Made by a program: the position numbers and the translations under genes. Source: Macrostomum hystrix (taxonomy: Eukaryota; Animalia; Platyhelminthes). Taken from it: DNA of 64,000 bases. The stretch covers positions 11,656,001-11,720,000 of the forward strand of contig CATNEN010000001.1 in NCBI GenBank assembly GCA_950097015.1, given 5' to 3'. The notes under the pieces were generated by a model. It worked only from the letters and a program-made list of their open reading frames with translations, did no database searches and was not told the DNA's origin. Shown piece by piece: positions 11,360 through 23,700 of this stretch; positions within the stretch are counted from its first letter, which is position 1; each line of letters starts with the position of its first letter.

Positions 11360-12262
11360 TAAGTCCAATGCCCAGAAGCTCCGGCCATGCGACTGCAGCA
11401 CCGAGATGGAGCCCAGTTTGTCGATGGCTACGCCTGGTCATGCCCTACCTGCAGGACGCAGAGGGCCGTCACGAAAGGCAGTTTTTTTGAGGGCAGCCAC
11501 CTAACCCTGTGCGAACTAGTGGACTTCATCTACTGGTGGTCGTGCCGTACCCCGATCAACGACATCGGCCGCCAGTGTCGCATTTCCCGCCAGACCACCA
11601 CGGACTGGGCGAACTTTTGCCGTGACATATGCTGCCAGTACCTGCTCGACCATCCCATGCAGCTCGGTGGCCCTGGAAGCGAGGTGGAGGTGGATGAATC
11701 AAAGTTTTTCCATCGCAAGTACCATCAGGGTGCTTACCGCGAAGGCCATTGGGTGCTCGGGATGGTCGAGCGAGGCACCAACAAGGCCATGATGGTGCTT
11801 GTCCCAGACCGCTCTGCCGCAACACTGCTGCCAGTCATTCAGCAGTACGTCCTTCCAGGGACGCGCATCATAACGGACGGCTGGCTGGCCTACAATGGGC
11901 TACAGAATCACGTGTCAGTGAACCACCGTCTGCACTTTGTCGACCCTAACGACCCCACCGTGCACACCAACACCATTGAGGGATCGTGGGCACATGTCAA
12001 GGACAAATTCCGAAGGATGCATGGCACGAGTGATGCACTGTTCGAGACTCACCTGAATGAGTTCCTCTGGCGCCGCCTCTTCCCGGAGAAGACGTTCGGC
12101 AACTTCATGTACTGGGTTGCTCACTACTATTAATTGCTGACATGGGCCTACGTCCTTCTAACTACTCTCCTAACTCTACTCCAGTGTAACTGTAACTCTA
12201 ATTAGCGTGATTTTAACTTTTTATCGTCAAAATAATTTAACGCAGCAAAGTAGGACTTTGCC
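11360..12262 (+). mobile_element. Merlin element; right end defined, left end not found
   Basis: Right TIR ...TAGGACTTTGCC ends at 12262, followed by TATTTCTC. No matching left TIR/TSD seen upstream in the window. Start coordinate is nominal. Confidence 0.8.
11387..12133 (+). CDS. Merlin / IS1595 (ISXO2-like) DDE transposase
   Basis: CPTC Zn-ribbon half, GSFFE, LGGPGSEVEVDESKF, WVLGMVERGT, IITDGWLAY, VNH...FVDP...HTNTIEGSW, HLNEFLWRR. The N-terminus appears short or frameshifted. Confidence 0.93.
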   Translation: MRLQHRDGAQFVDGYAWSCPTCRTQRAVTKGSFFEGSHLTLCELVDFIYWWSCRTPINDIGRQCRISRQTTTDWANFCRDICCQYLLDHPMQLGGPGSEVEVDESKFFHRKYHQGAYREGHWVLGMVERGTNKAMMVLVPDRSAATLLPVIQQYVLPGTRIITDGWLAYNGLQNHVSVNHRLHFVDPNDPTVHTNTIEGSWAHVKDKFRRMHGTSDALFETHLNEFLWRRLFPEKTFGNFMYWVAHYY

Positions 12263-13304
12263 TATTTCTCCTATGAACCTACCATACATTTTTCGTATTT
12301 AAAAACACCCTCCGTATCCGATTTTTTTATACTACTAGCCTATCTCCAGCTATACGAACTATTTTAGCCAATAGCAATACAAACTGGCAAGGCCAAGATG
12401 GCAAAATGGCAAGTTTAAAAGAGACTTGTGGACACTTAAGTAACAAGAGCTATTTCTTATTGCGTCCTTTGCCTACTACTTGTAAGTAGAGAACTGTGGG
12501 TTTTTAACAGGTCAGTGTCAGCGTGAGTCTATTCTGAACATACTTTATTCGTTTGTTTGTTTTGCTTGTCAATTTCACAAAGATTATCGGAATATGCAAG
12601 TTGCACAAAGTTTGCAAGAGTTTAGCAAGCGCGGTGGCGCTACAGCTGCACCGAACGGATCCAGCGGCCGCCAAGGAAAGTGCCCAGCTGCAACCCAGTC
12701 TAAGTCCAGCAGTGCAGCCTTCGCTCTACCATAGATATATAAGAGGCTTATCAAGAATAGTATTCAGGAAATCCACACTTTAGACTGCGCAACTAACAAT
12801 TCATCACCGTATTACATAGAAAGACTAAGAGTTTTAACTTTTAAGTATTATTCTGGTTTTGGTCCAGTGCTAATGTCTCGAAGACACAAGCGTAGACTGG
12901 AATAAAAAAGCTTTGCCGCAATGTAGTTTACTGAGAACTCACCTTCCTTCTTATTGAAGTTAAGAAGCTTAAAATATAATTGTGGTGTGACGGGCGGTCT
13001 CTCGATTGCTAGCACAGAGACTGGGAGGGAAAGCGGGCCCGAAAACTGCCTCCGTGTCCCGCGTTTATACTGGCTCGGGATGGGGTTGGTATGGGTTGGT
13101 TTGGGTTGGGTTAGACGTGGGCAGGATGGGCAGGGCAGAGAGACAGGCCAGCAGAGCTAGAGAGGACAGAAAGGAATGGGTGGGCTTGCGCTTAAAAATG
13201 TAGCACGCACGGTTCACCCTGTGCCACGTGTCACACTCCGCTTGTTTTAGTCTGTCTGGGGTGGGGTGGTGGGGTGGGTGGCCGCCGGACAAACCCACCG
13301 GATT

Positions 13305-13450
13305 GTTTCCGGCGCAGCCACGGAGAGAGGGCTGGGGGGCTTGTCGTGCAATTAGGGCACTTAAAGGCAAAACTCCAAGGCAAATTGTAGACTGTAAAAA
13401 CTGCCTGACGATGAGAAAATTTCACTGACTCACGCACACGCACAGATAAA
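13305..13450 (+). mobile_element. SINE family B, internal fragment
   Basis: ggcgcagccacggagagagggctggggggcttgtcgtgcaatt...ctgcctgacgatgagaaa matches 44197-44540. Confidence 0.7.
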
Positions 13451-13884
13451 CTGTACACACAGGAGACAGGAGACAGGGGGGGTGTGTATTTGCATGACTA
13501 ACATGACTCGCGTACACAGCGAGGCGCCCGTGGATCGATACGGCCCAGGAACGGGAGGAAGAAGTCCGGCGGGTGTTCGCTGGGTTAGGAAACAGCTGCC
13601 CCTGTGTTAGCAATACCCCAGCGTTTCTCCCTCTCTTTCCATTCTGCCTCTGCTGTGCGTGCTGCTTGAATTTGGAAGCGAGGGGCAGAGCTTCACTGCC
13701 GCCCGTCATGTGACTCCACAGAGAAACGTGGAGCTTTTATCTCTCTGTTGCTGCGGCAGAAGGTAACAGGAAGACAAAACCTTCGTGTTATGTTGCCTTA
13801 CTCCATTTTTTTACTGCTTGCCTGAGATGCTTGACCATCTGAGACCTTCAAATGAAATTTAGCTCCTGGGTAATGAATGCTTTG

Positions 13885-14959
13885 TCAGAGCAGTCAAATG
13901 GTGTCAGTGCAGTCAGGTGGGTGTCAGTGCAGTCAGGTAGTTGTCAGTGCAGTCAGGTGGGTGTCAGTGCAGTCAGGTGGGTGTCAGTGCAGTCAGGTGG
14001 GTGTCAGTGCAGTCAGGTGGGTGTCAGTGCAGTCAGGCGGGTGTCAGTGCAGTCAGGTGGGTGTCAGTGCAGTCAGGTGGGTGTCAGTGCAGTCAGGTGG
14101 GGGCCATTGCAGTCAGGTAGGTGTCAGTGCAGTCAGGTAAGTGTCAGTGCAGTCAGGCGGGTGTCAGTGCAGTCATGTGGGTATCAGTGCAGTCACGTGG
14201 TTGTCAGTGCAGTCAGGTGGGTGTCAGAGCAGTCATGTGGGTGTCAGTGCAGTCAGGCGGGTGTCAGTGCAGTCATGTGGGTATCAGTGCAGTCACGTGG
14301 TTGTCAGTGCAGTCAGTGGGTGTCAGTGCAGTCAGGTAAGTGTCAGTGCAGTCAGGCGGGTGTCAGTGCAGTCATGTGGGTATCAGTGCAGTCACGTGGT
14401 TGTCAGTGCAGTCAGGTGGGTGTCAGAGCAGTCATGTGGGTGTCAGTGCAGTCAGGCGGGTGTCAGTGCAGTCTGGTGGGTGTCAGTGCAGTCAGGTGGG
14501 TGTCAGTGCAGTCAGGCGGGTGTCAGTGCAGTCAGGTTGGTGTCAGTGCAGTCAGGTGGGTGTCAGTGCAGTCAGCGGGTGTCAGTGCAGTCAGCGGGTG
14601 TCAGTGAAGTCAGGCGGGTGTCAGTGCAGTCAGCGGGTGTCAGTGCAGTCAGGTGGGTGTCAGTGCAGTCAGGTGGGTGTCAGTGCAGTCAGGTGGGTGT
14701 CAGTGCAGTCAGGCGGGTGTCAGTGCAGTCAGGTGTGTGTCAGTGCAGTCAGCGGGTGTCAGTGCAGTCAGGTGGGTGTCAGTGCAGTCAGATGGGTATC
14801 AGTGCAGTCACGTGGTTGTCAGTGCAGTCAGGTGGGTGTCAGTGCAGTCAGGTGGGTGTCAGTGCAGTCAGGTGGGTGTCAGTGCAGTCAGGTGGGTATC
14901 AGTGCAGTCAGGTGGTGTCAGTGCAGTCATGTGGGTGTCAGTGCAGTCAGGTGGGTGTC

Positions 14960-15005
<46 letters not shown>

Positions 15006-15506
15006 TCAGTGAGTGCAGTCAGGGGGGTATCAGTGCAGTCAGGTGGTGTCAGTGCAGTCAGGTGGTGTCAGTGCAGTCAGGTGGTGTCAGTGCAGTCAGG
15101 TGGGTGTCAGTGCAGTCAGGTAAGTGTCAGTGAATTAAGGTGGAGTATCAGTGCAGTCAGGCGGGTGTCAGTGCAGTCAGGTGGGGGCCATTGCAGTCAG
15201 GTGGGGCCAGTGCAGTCAGGTGGGTGTCAGTGCAGTCAGGCGGGTGTCAGTGCAGTCAGGTGTGTGTCAGTGCAGTCAGCGGGTGTCAGTGCAGTCAGGT
15301 GGGTGTCAGTGCAGTCAGATGGGTATCAGTGCAGTCACGTGGTTGTCAGTGCAGTCAGGTGGGTGTCAGTGCAGTCAGGTGGGTGTCAGTGCAGTCAGGT
15401 GGGTGTCAGTGCAGTCAGGTGGGTATCAGTGCAGTCAGGTGGTGTCAGTGCAGTCATGTGGGTGTCAGTGCAGTCAAGTTGGTGTCAGTACAGTCAGGTG
15501 GGTGTC

Positions 15507-15544
<38 letters not shown>

Positions 15545-15950
15545 TCAGTGAGTGCAGTCAGGGGGGTATCAGTGCAGTCAGGTGGTGTCAGTGCAGTCAG
15601 GTGGTGTCAGTGCAGTCAGGTGGTGTCAGTGCAGTCAGGTGGGTGTCAGTGCAGTCAGGTAAGTGTCAGTGAATTAAGGTGGAGTATCAGTGCAGTCAGG
15701 CGGGTGTCAGTGCAGTCAGGTGGGTGTCAGTGCAGTCAGGTGGGTGTCAGTGCAGTCAGGCGTGTGTCAGTGCAGTCAGGTGGGTGTCAGTGCAGTCAGG
15801 TGGGTGTCAGTGCAGTCAGGCGTGTGTCAGTGCAGTCAGGTGGGTTTCAGTGCAGTCAGGTGGGGGCCATTGCAGTCAGGTGGGGCCAGTGCAGTCAGGT
15901 GGGTGTCAGTGCAGTCAGGTGGGTGTCAGTGCAGTCATATGGATGTCAAT
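13885..15950. repeat. 20-bp minisatellite (GTGGGTGTCAGTGCAGTCAG)n with two (GATA)n interruptions
   Basis: ~100 units; GATA tracts at ~14961-15004 and ~15508-15544 mark a ~540-bp higher-order duplication. The ORFs here are repeat artefacts. Confidence 0.97.
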
Positions 15951-17030
15951 CATTTTGATGCCAGTGGTTGAACGTATGCTACCACCCATGACGGGCGTGC
16001 AGGGTTGCTCCTATGCTAATGCTTATAAAGTTTATGGAAATTGCAGGAGAAAGTATCGATTATTTCTCCAACTAGAGTCATTTATTGTATTTTAGGATAT
16101 CATTAGTGTTGCAGCCCCATTTTGTGCCTAATTTTTTGCATGTTCTACTTACAGTAGTTTGCACGGGCACTGATCTGGAAATAAATTATTTTAGAAGAAT
16201 TCGCAATTGCGTTAGTGAAATTGAAAGAAGTACAGGAATATTGAAGAGTGAATGGGACATGTAAGTAGGCAGAATCAAATGACAGACACAGGGTTTGAGG
16301 ACTCCCTACTATCTCCATACTCTTCTCTCGGGTACTCAACAGCTAAGTGCTCATTGGCCCAACATCGATAGGATTAATTAGACAGGTATAAACATTCCTG
16401 AACGTCTACCTGAACGTCTAAACAATGAATACAAGCAGTGGAAGCTTCTTAGCAACCTGTTATCTAACTTCTGTCAAGGAGTAAGGCGTTTTTCTTTGAG
16501 AGTCTCGCAAAACAGAAAGGTCACTGCGGAAAAAATCATTGGCCATTAGCTGCACACAATGCATGCAGTTCTACAATCAACAGCATGGCCATGCAGCAGC
16601 ACAAGCGATTCCCGCTGCTGTCAGTGCGCCCGTTGAAAGCGATCGAGATGTGCACGAATAAACTGAAGTGATCGAATTCTTCGCGAGGGCTTCCGCAAAA
16701 TGAATGAGGCTAAGTCATTTCAGTTCAGTTCAGTTAGTAAGTCACACCAGCTAACGCATGATAGTGTTTACAATATTTGCTTGTATTCTGTAGGCAATCA
16801 GCACTTCGGAGCAGTTTTTCTCGGTGTCTTTACTTATTTGCCTGAGCAGAGGCCCATTGGCTACATGCTAGATGCCTCGAATGATCTGCCCTTTGTCTAG
16901 CTGCTGAGGAGACAGACACGGGGGGGGAAGATTATACTTCGCAACCGCGGGAAGGCTTGGTGACTGGCCTAATTTATACTGGGACATTGTCGTCGATTTG
17001 ACCTATGCGGACTTTATTCCTAGAGTACAG

Positions 17031-17325
17031 GGGTTGTAGCCTAGTGGTTAGGGTGTCGGAGTTACGACTTAAAAGTCGGGGGTTCGATTCTCGACCCCAC
17101 TGGAACCATTTGTAGCCTTAGCCGGACCCTTACTCTGCATTGCTTTAGTTCACTCCGATGTTAAATTGGTACCAGCATCAGCTGGGGTAGAGGGTGCGCG
17201 TGTGGCGTCCCCCCAGTCCATGGACTGAACAGCTAGCTGTACGCAGCTTTCAGATGCGCCGCGCAATAGCTGCGACTGTGCTGTTGGCTGCACATCTGGC
17301 CCAATTGGGGCAGGTGGAATAAACG
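17031..17325 (+). mobile_element. SINE family A (tRNA-derived head, CORE-like central domain)
   Basis: A box tagcctagtggtta, B box ggttcgattc, body cagtccatggactg...catctggcccaattggggcagg. At least six copies in the window. Confidence 0.85.
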
Positions 17326-19417
17326 AAAACAAAAACAACAACAATAACATGTTATACAGTGATGATAGTGCACTAAATCATTATAAAACGACTTGAGAAA
17401 AAATGTTGCAAATCGATATCCCATATCAGATCAGAATCTCGCTTTTTTGAAGTATATTTTTGTCCAAATTCATTGAATAATATTTATAGCCTCGAATTTT
17501 TGGTGACGTCCAGTGCATGAAATACAGAGTATTTTTTGATGAAGCAGCTATAGTTGGAATGTTTTTAAAAATATCTAAGGAACGCATTTAATATTTTACA
17601 TTTATTCATTTTTCATATTTAAAATTTCACATTTTTAGCAAATAACCATAGCTCGTACTGTGATATGCAACTGTGTGGCACATAATGTACATAATGTACA
17701 TAATGTACTGTGATATACACAGAATAATCGTTTCTCCTGCATTCTCTAAATATATCACACCTATTTGTTATGACACAAGCAAGCGGCGAAAAAGGAGGCA
17801 AAATGAACTGCGCGGGGAAACTTGACAAAATGCAACGAACCAGAATTTCTCGATAAAAAGGCCCCAACACTACTTGTTACATTTGAACGGTATTTTTTTT
17901 ATTGAGCATACTTAAACAAAGGTCAGCTACAGCATAAGCTTAAATTAAATAAATGTAGCGAATTGGCCAAATGATAACAAAATAAAATAAAAATATGAAA
18001 AAGAGACAACTTTTCTGCATTGAAAGATAAACGCAAGAATGCCCGTCAAAAAGACTATAATTTAAAACTGACAGCCGATGATGAAACTCGCGTTAGACAA
18101 GGGAGGTGGTGGTACTCTAATGCAAAGATGCCATAGCCCCATAGGAATTTACTTTTACTTACTACTTTTTACTTACTTTTTGGCATCAGTGTCACGTACG
18201 CTTCGACTTCTTGGCAAAAATGACATCAGAGAATAAATTTAAATCGAAATAGTGATGCCGTTCTTCTTTGTAATATCATAATATGTTTTAGGCAAGCTTT
18301 GCCTTTCTAAGAATCTAATGAATATACTACTGTGTGCTGCAGTTGCTGCCGCTGCTGGCTTAGACATAAGACAACTGACATGATACATTTATTATGCTTA
18401 CCTTAGCCGAACTATGAGATTTATGTCTATGACGCTGCACACTTTTTAGCATATTTTTGTCCAATGTGTATATGCAGTCGACTAACAAAATATAATAATA
18501 TATTGAGATATGTTCATGTAATCCACCTAAACTGAGAATACTTTACTCTATAGTTTGTTTGATTTGTATTTACAAGATTTAAAGAACAATTTGTAGATAA
18601 ATTTGACTGTATTTGCATGCACTGTTAAAAATGGATCAACCTGTTTGGTTTTGACTTTTGTGATTCTATAAATATATTACACTAAGCATGTATACATAGT
18701 AGGCCTAAATACCTTGGAGTCTTGGCTTTTAGTAATAAAATATACTAAGAAACTAGACCTACTATAAAAATAATAGTTAGACTTATTAAAAATGCATATA
18801 TAAGCTATTTAAATTGGTGCACTCCATTATCTTATTTATAGTTTTTACAATCAATAATATTTTATTATATTAAGTGATACAATGCTCTGTTTATAATTTA
18901 TTTGGCAATCATTTGGCACAATTATTGGTTTTAACTGAAATCAGTTAAAAACCAACTAGGCCTAGCCATGCAAATGTCATCATGTAATAAGACATGTAGA
19001 GCATGTTGCTAGAGCCTAGAGGTAATAAAGCAAGACAAGCTAAATCAGCAAGATTAAAATAGTTATAATTCATTCATAGGCTTTAGCTATTGACTAGCTA
19101 CCTTTTGTGCACTTGCACAATCAATTTAATAGGCCTTGTCAGTGCAACTGTGACTGAGCATTGTATACATTATAAAAGTTATGTAAAATGGTTCTCAAGT
19201 ATTTAATACCTTTAGCAATGATTTTCAGCTAATAAAAATGTGTGTATAACAATTTGTGCCCATTTGACATGTCTTAGTGAAGAAGCAAACAACTTGCTTG
19301 AGCCAGATGGGAGTTAGTTGATTGCAAAAAAGCAATCAAACAAGATATTTGTACATTTGGAGGCTTTGCATATAGTTATATATATATAATTATATATATG
19401 TATAAATAATAATAATA

Positions 19418-19724
19418 ATTAATAATTGATTACACCTGCCCCAATCAGGTCAGATGTGTAGCAGACAGCACAGCCGCAGCTATTGTGCGGCACATCTGAA
19501 GGCTGCGTACGGCTGTTCAGTCGATGGACTGGGGGGATGCCACACCCACCTTCAATATTCCGAGCTAATGCTTGTACCCATTTAACAGCTGGGTGAACTG
19601 AAGCAATGCAGAGTTAAGTGTCTTGCTAAAGGACACAAATTGTTCCAGTGGAGATGGGAATTAAACCCCCGACCTTCAAGTCATGGACTTGTGAGTCCAA
19701 TGCCCTAACCACTAGGCTACAACC
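19418..19724 (-). mobile_element. SINE family A
   Basis: Reverse-complement full-length copy including tgtgtcctttagcaagacacttaactctgcattgcttcagttcacccagctgttaaatgggtac (CORE-like). Confidence 0.85.
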
Positions 19725-19736
19725 TCTCATCTCTAA

Positions 19737-19775
<39 letters not shown>

Positions 19776-20149
19776 GAGGTTGTAAATAAATAAATATAAA
19801 TTAGAGATTTAGTTTATATGATGCCTTGATGGTCAAAGCTATATTTGCTAGCTCCAATCTATTAACCCCATTGGATTAAATCTAAAAATGTGTGGCCAAC
19901 TTGATTGGACACCCTGCTAATACTTGAATATCATAAGAAATATGCATTTTATGTAGAAATATCTGTTAAATTTCCTGAAAAGCCTAGGAAGCTGGCTGTA
20001 TACACTCCCAATTGCTCCAATTGGGATCTTTCTGTTCAAAAAGTTCTACAATATAAGTTACTTAGTGGCTATACTAGACTTCTTACAAAAATAATATACA
20101 TTCCAATGCTGTCTTAAAACCCTATCTAGTCAAGCATGTCCACATCAAA

Positions 20150-20473
20150 GGCAAAATTGCCTATGTTAACAGCTCCAGAATCTAGGGCAGATGGTGCCCG
20201 AGATTTTAGACAGTGGGTCAGCCATTGAGTAAAATGCAGAAGGTTCTGGGTGGTTGACCATTTTTCCAATTGTGGACTATGAAGACAATTTAGATCCTAA
20301 GATCTAAAAGGCAATTTTTAGTTCTTACCTTGAGTCCAGTTGCAATAATGCAGTTGAGCACAATCTGCAGGTTTTCGAGCATGGCCTCGAAGGTCAGTGA
20401 GTGCACCATGATGCCGTCCATGTAGCCGATGTCAATTTGGGGCGTCTGTACTTGGGGAGTCTCATTGCTAGGA
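20150..20473 (-). pseudogene. Decayed Gypsy/Ty3 reverse transcriptase fragment
   Basis: Minus strand reads IGYMDGIMVHSLTFEAMLENLQIVLNCIIATGLKVRTKNC, resembling YxDDILV.S...H...L..VL..L...GLKL...KC; in-frame stops follow. Confidence 0.65.
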
Positions 20474-20742
20474 CTTAAAAATTGATCTAATGTTACTTAA
20501 TAATGCAAAAGACCATAAGTATGCACCTACATGTGGACGAAAGTGCCTGTGTACATGCACATTAAAACAATCTACATTCGGTCAACTAGTGCTTAATATG
20601 ATGCTTGATATTATCTTGCTTTATTTGCTCTCTGCAAATATAGATATCCATGTTACTATTATTTTGTCATTTTTGTCCATGACAAAGCACTAAATAAATA
20701 GTCACTATTTAAAACACTTTCAGTTGTTGCACCCAGTGCCAT

Positions 20743-23700
20743 ATGAAGCGCCGTCGGTTAACTCTTCTACCAGAACCAAAGGTGGAATTTTCAGGCAGTT
20801 CAACAACCAGACGGTCTTCTTTGCCTCCTACACCAAAGGTTGAATTGCAGCTGCAGCCACTGACTAGTAGTCAGCTGCAGCGGCAGTGGAGTCGGGTTGG
20901 CGATGGTTTTCAAATGGATAGCGATCACTTTAACATTGGATTCTCAACGGCTCTGCAACGACAGAAGAAGAAGCAGCCGCTTAGGCAGCAGAAAGGGCAA
21001 GAGAATCTTGTTCAATGGACTACACCGGATGCAATGCTAAATAAACAAAATGATTTGGAATCGCAAGTTGTTCAAAAACCTGATAATCAGAAGCGTTTAA
21101 AGGATTTGGAGGCGCGTTACGAACAGCTTAAGCGAATGCAGCGACAGATGGACCAACCGTCAGGAAAATCACCGGGGCCTGACTGTGCCCAGGCAAATCC
21201 GTACAATCAGCTAACTGAGCAACCCAATCAGCAGCACACAGTAAATAATCGGCAAGAGGATCAACTGAAGCAAACTGAACTCTACGAACAGAGATTACAG
21301 AACAGGCATGAAGATCAGCTACAAAGTCAGAACAGGCATGAAGATCAGCTACAAAGGCAGAACAGGCATGAAGATCGGCAGCAAAGGCAGAACAGTCATA
21401 AAGATCAGCTGCAAAGGCAGAACAGTCATGAAGATCAGCTACAAAGGCAGAACAGTCATGAAGATCGGCAGCAAAGGCAGAACAGTCATGAAGATCAGCT
21501 GCAAAGGCAGAACAGTCATGAAGATCGGCAGCAAAGGCAGAACAGTCATGAAGATCAGCTACAAAGGCAGAACAGTCATGAAGATCAGCTGCAAAGGCAG
21601 AGTGATAACGAAAAAAAGCGAAGTAGACATGATGGAGAGACCGAGCAGCACAGGCAGGTTAGGCAAGACGGAATTCCAAAACAACCACAGCCACGTCGTC
21701 GCCTTTCGTTGGTGCTGCCTCCAAAGCCAGTCGCCGTCGCCCAGTCTTCGTTTACGTCGTCTGCATCTTCATCGTCAAAGTCGACGTCGTCCTTGCGTCG
21801 CCAATCAAAGCCCAGCAGCGGCGACACAAAACGGCGTCGGAGTTGCACTTCGGCTGCAACTTTCCGCATCGCCATCGGTGAAGATTCCGACGCTCTCGCT
21901 CTTGCTGTCGATACCGATTCTTCATCTTCGCCGACGCGACAGTCTCCTCCAACGACGCCTCCGAAATTACAGACGGCTATCAACACTACGCCTGTAGCCG
22001 CCGCCAATTCTAGTCTCGCCCTCGCCATTGAGTCGACATCAACCGCTACTACAACTGCTGCAACTGGCGAGGACAACCCGGATCCTGCGGCAGAGGTAAA
22101 ACCGCCTACTAAACGTCGCCGTCTTTGCCTAGTCATCGATGAAGATGACGATGACGAAGATTCTGGAGCATTCGGCGATTACTCCGACTTTGGCGACCTG
22201 TCAGTGTTTGACTCCGGTGGTGGCGGTAAAAAAAGCCGCCGACGCCGGACAAACTTGACGAATAGTCTCGCGGATCGATCGACTACATTAGCCAGGCTGC
22301 GGATTAACTCCGCACATTTGTGGCGTCACGCGGTCGATTCAATTCCTGGTAACGAGCACAAGCTCGAGAAATTTGTTCGTCTTCGAATCTGTCAACGAGT
22401 TATCGATCACGGCATGCTGCGTATTCAGTGCCGCATTGTTGAAGATCCTCATCGTTTAATTGACTTGCCTGAAGGTATTACTGATGTCAACAGAGAATCT
22501 TTAGTCTGCCACGCGTTTCTAGCTGGCCGGTCTGGTGTACCGCTGTCTAGGGACCTGATTGGCAAGAGAAAGAAAAAGATTCCTCCTGTTATGGATCTGT
22601 TGGTTGCCAAGCCGTTTCGATTGGTTCCCGTTGAGTCTAGTGGCGAAATTCGCGCCGTCTGTTTGACGGAGATTCGGCGTATGCTGTGCGCCCCAATGTA
22701 TGATATCGCTGTTGAACCAGGCGCTACTTGCGGATGCGGCAACAAGAATGCACAATGTCCCGCAGCATTGGCCAAGCTATCTGACGACTGGCTATCCATC
22801 CAATGTTTTAAGGTGCGATTGTAGGCTTTGAGTATTGTCTCCGGTTATTTACGGCTTGTGTTGGTTGAGATTACGTGATGATTTTTAAGAGTTAAATCCA
22901 AACTCCTAACTGTAGAAAAACCTGGCTATTTCCCCCTGGGTTAAAGACCAGGTGGTCTTTCTACTGTTAAATGGAACTTTGGGGCATATATGTTTGTAGT
23001 TTACTGCCCAGTAATTCAATCTCTAGACTCCTTATCGAGAGGTCCCGAGTTCGAATCTCAACCTTAAGAAAACTATAGCGTACCCTATAATTCAATTTCT
23101 CGCACAACACACAGCAGAGCGTCACACAGCCGGATCAACAGCATCGCCAATTTGACAGCACCGACGTTGCCAAGCAACCGACGCCGATTCGCCTTCTAGT
23201 ACTGGCCCTGGGCAAGTACTCCTATTGGCCAGCCGACGGGCACGGCCTGACCAATCGGATACTGGCTCTGACGTCGTCAGCTGCTTTCATTTGGCTGAGA
23301 GTGCGCGCAGCCGATTATCGCGCCCTGCCAGTTGGCTACGTGCTGTCTGTGAATAGCAGACAAGAGCTTGTGCAGCTGAACTGCAATGATACAGATCCTG
23401 GCGTTATTTCTCAGTTCGATTTTTGCCGACTGATGCAGCGGGCCCTAGTAACAAAGTGTCAACTGCAGCTAGCACAGTTTCTGCAGCAGAACTGGCACAG
23501 TCTGCAATTGGAATCTTTGGACTGTCGATTTGGCCGACTATGCGTGTATTCTAGCAGAGCTCTGTTAAAGGTGCGTGATGTTCAGATGCCTTGCCATTTA
23601 GGAATTATAGTCGATTACCGATGCTTTTCTAATCCGAACCTTCAGTAGATTCACTGAAGCTTTTGCTAATCTGAGCCCTCAGTATCGGTATAAAGTCCCT

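Noticed and set aside
13852-16095. Long Cys/Val/Ser-rich ORFs in the 20-mer array
   Set aside because: Open in all three frames only because the unit lacks stops; repeat artefact.
17031-17105. tRNA genes at SINE heads (also ~22990-23062)
   Set aside because: A and B boxes are present, but they continue into SINE bodies or lack a complete cloverleaf.
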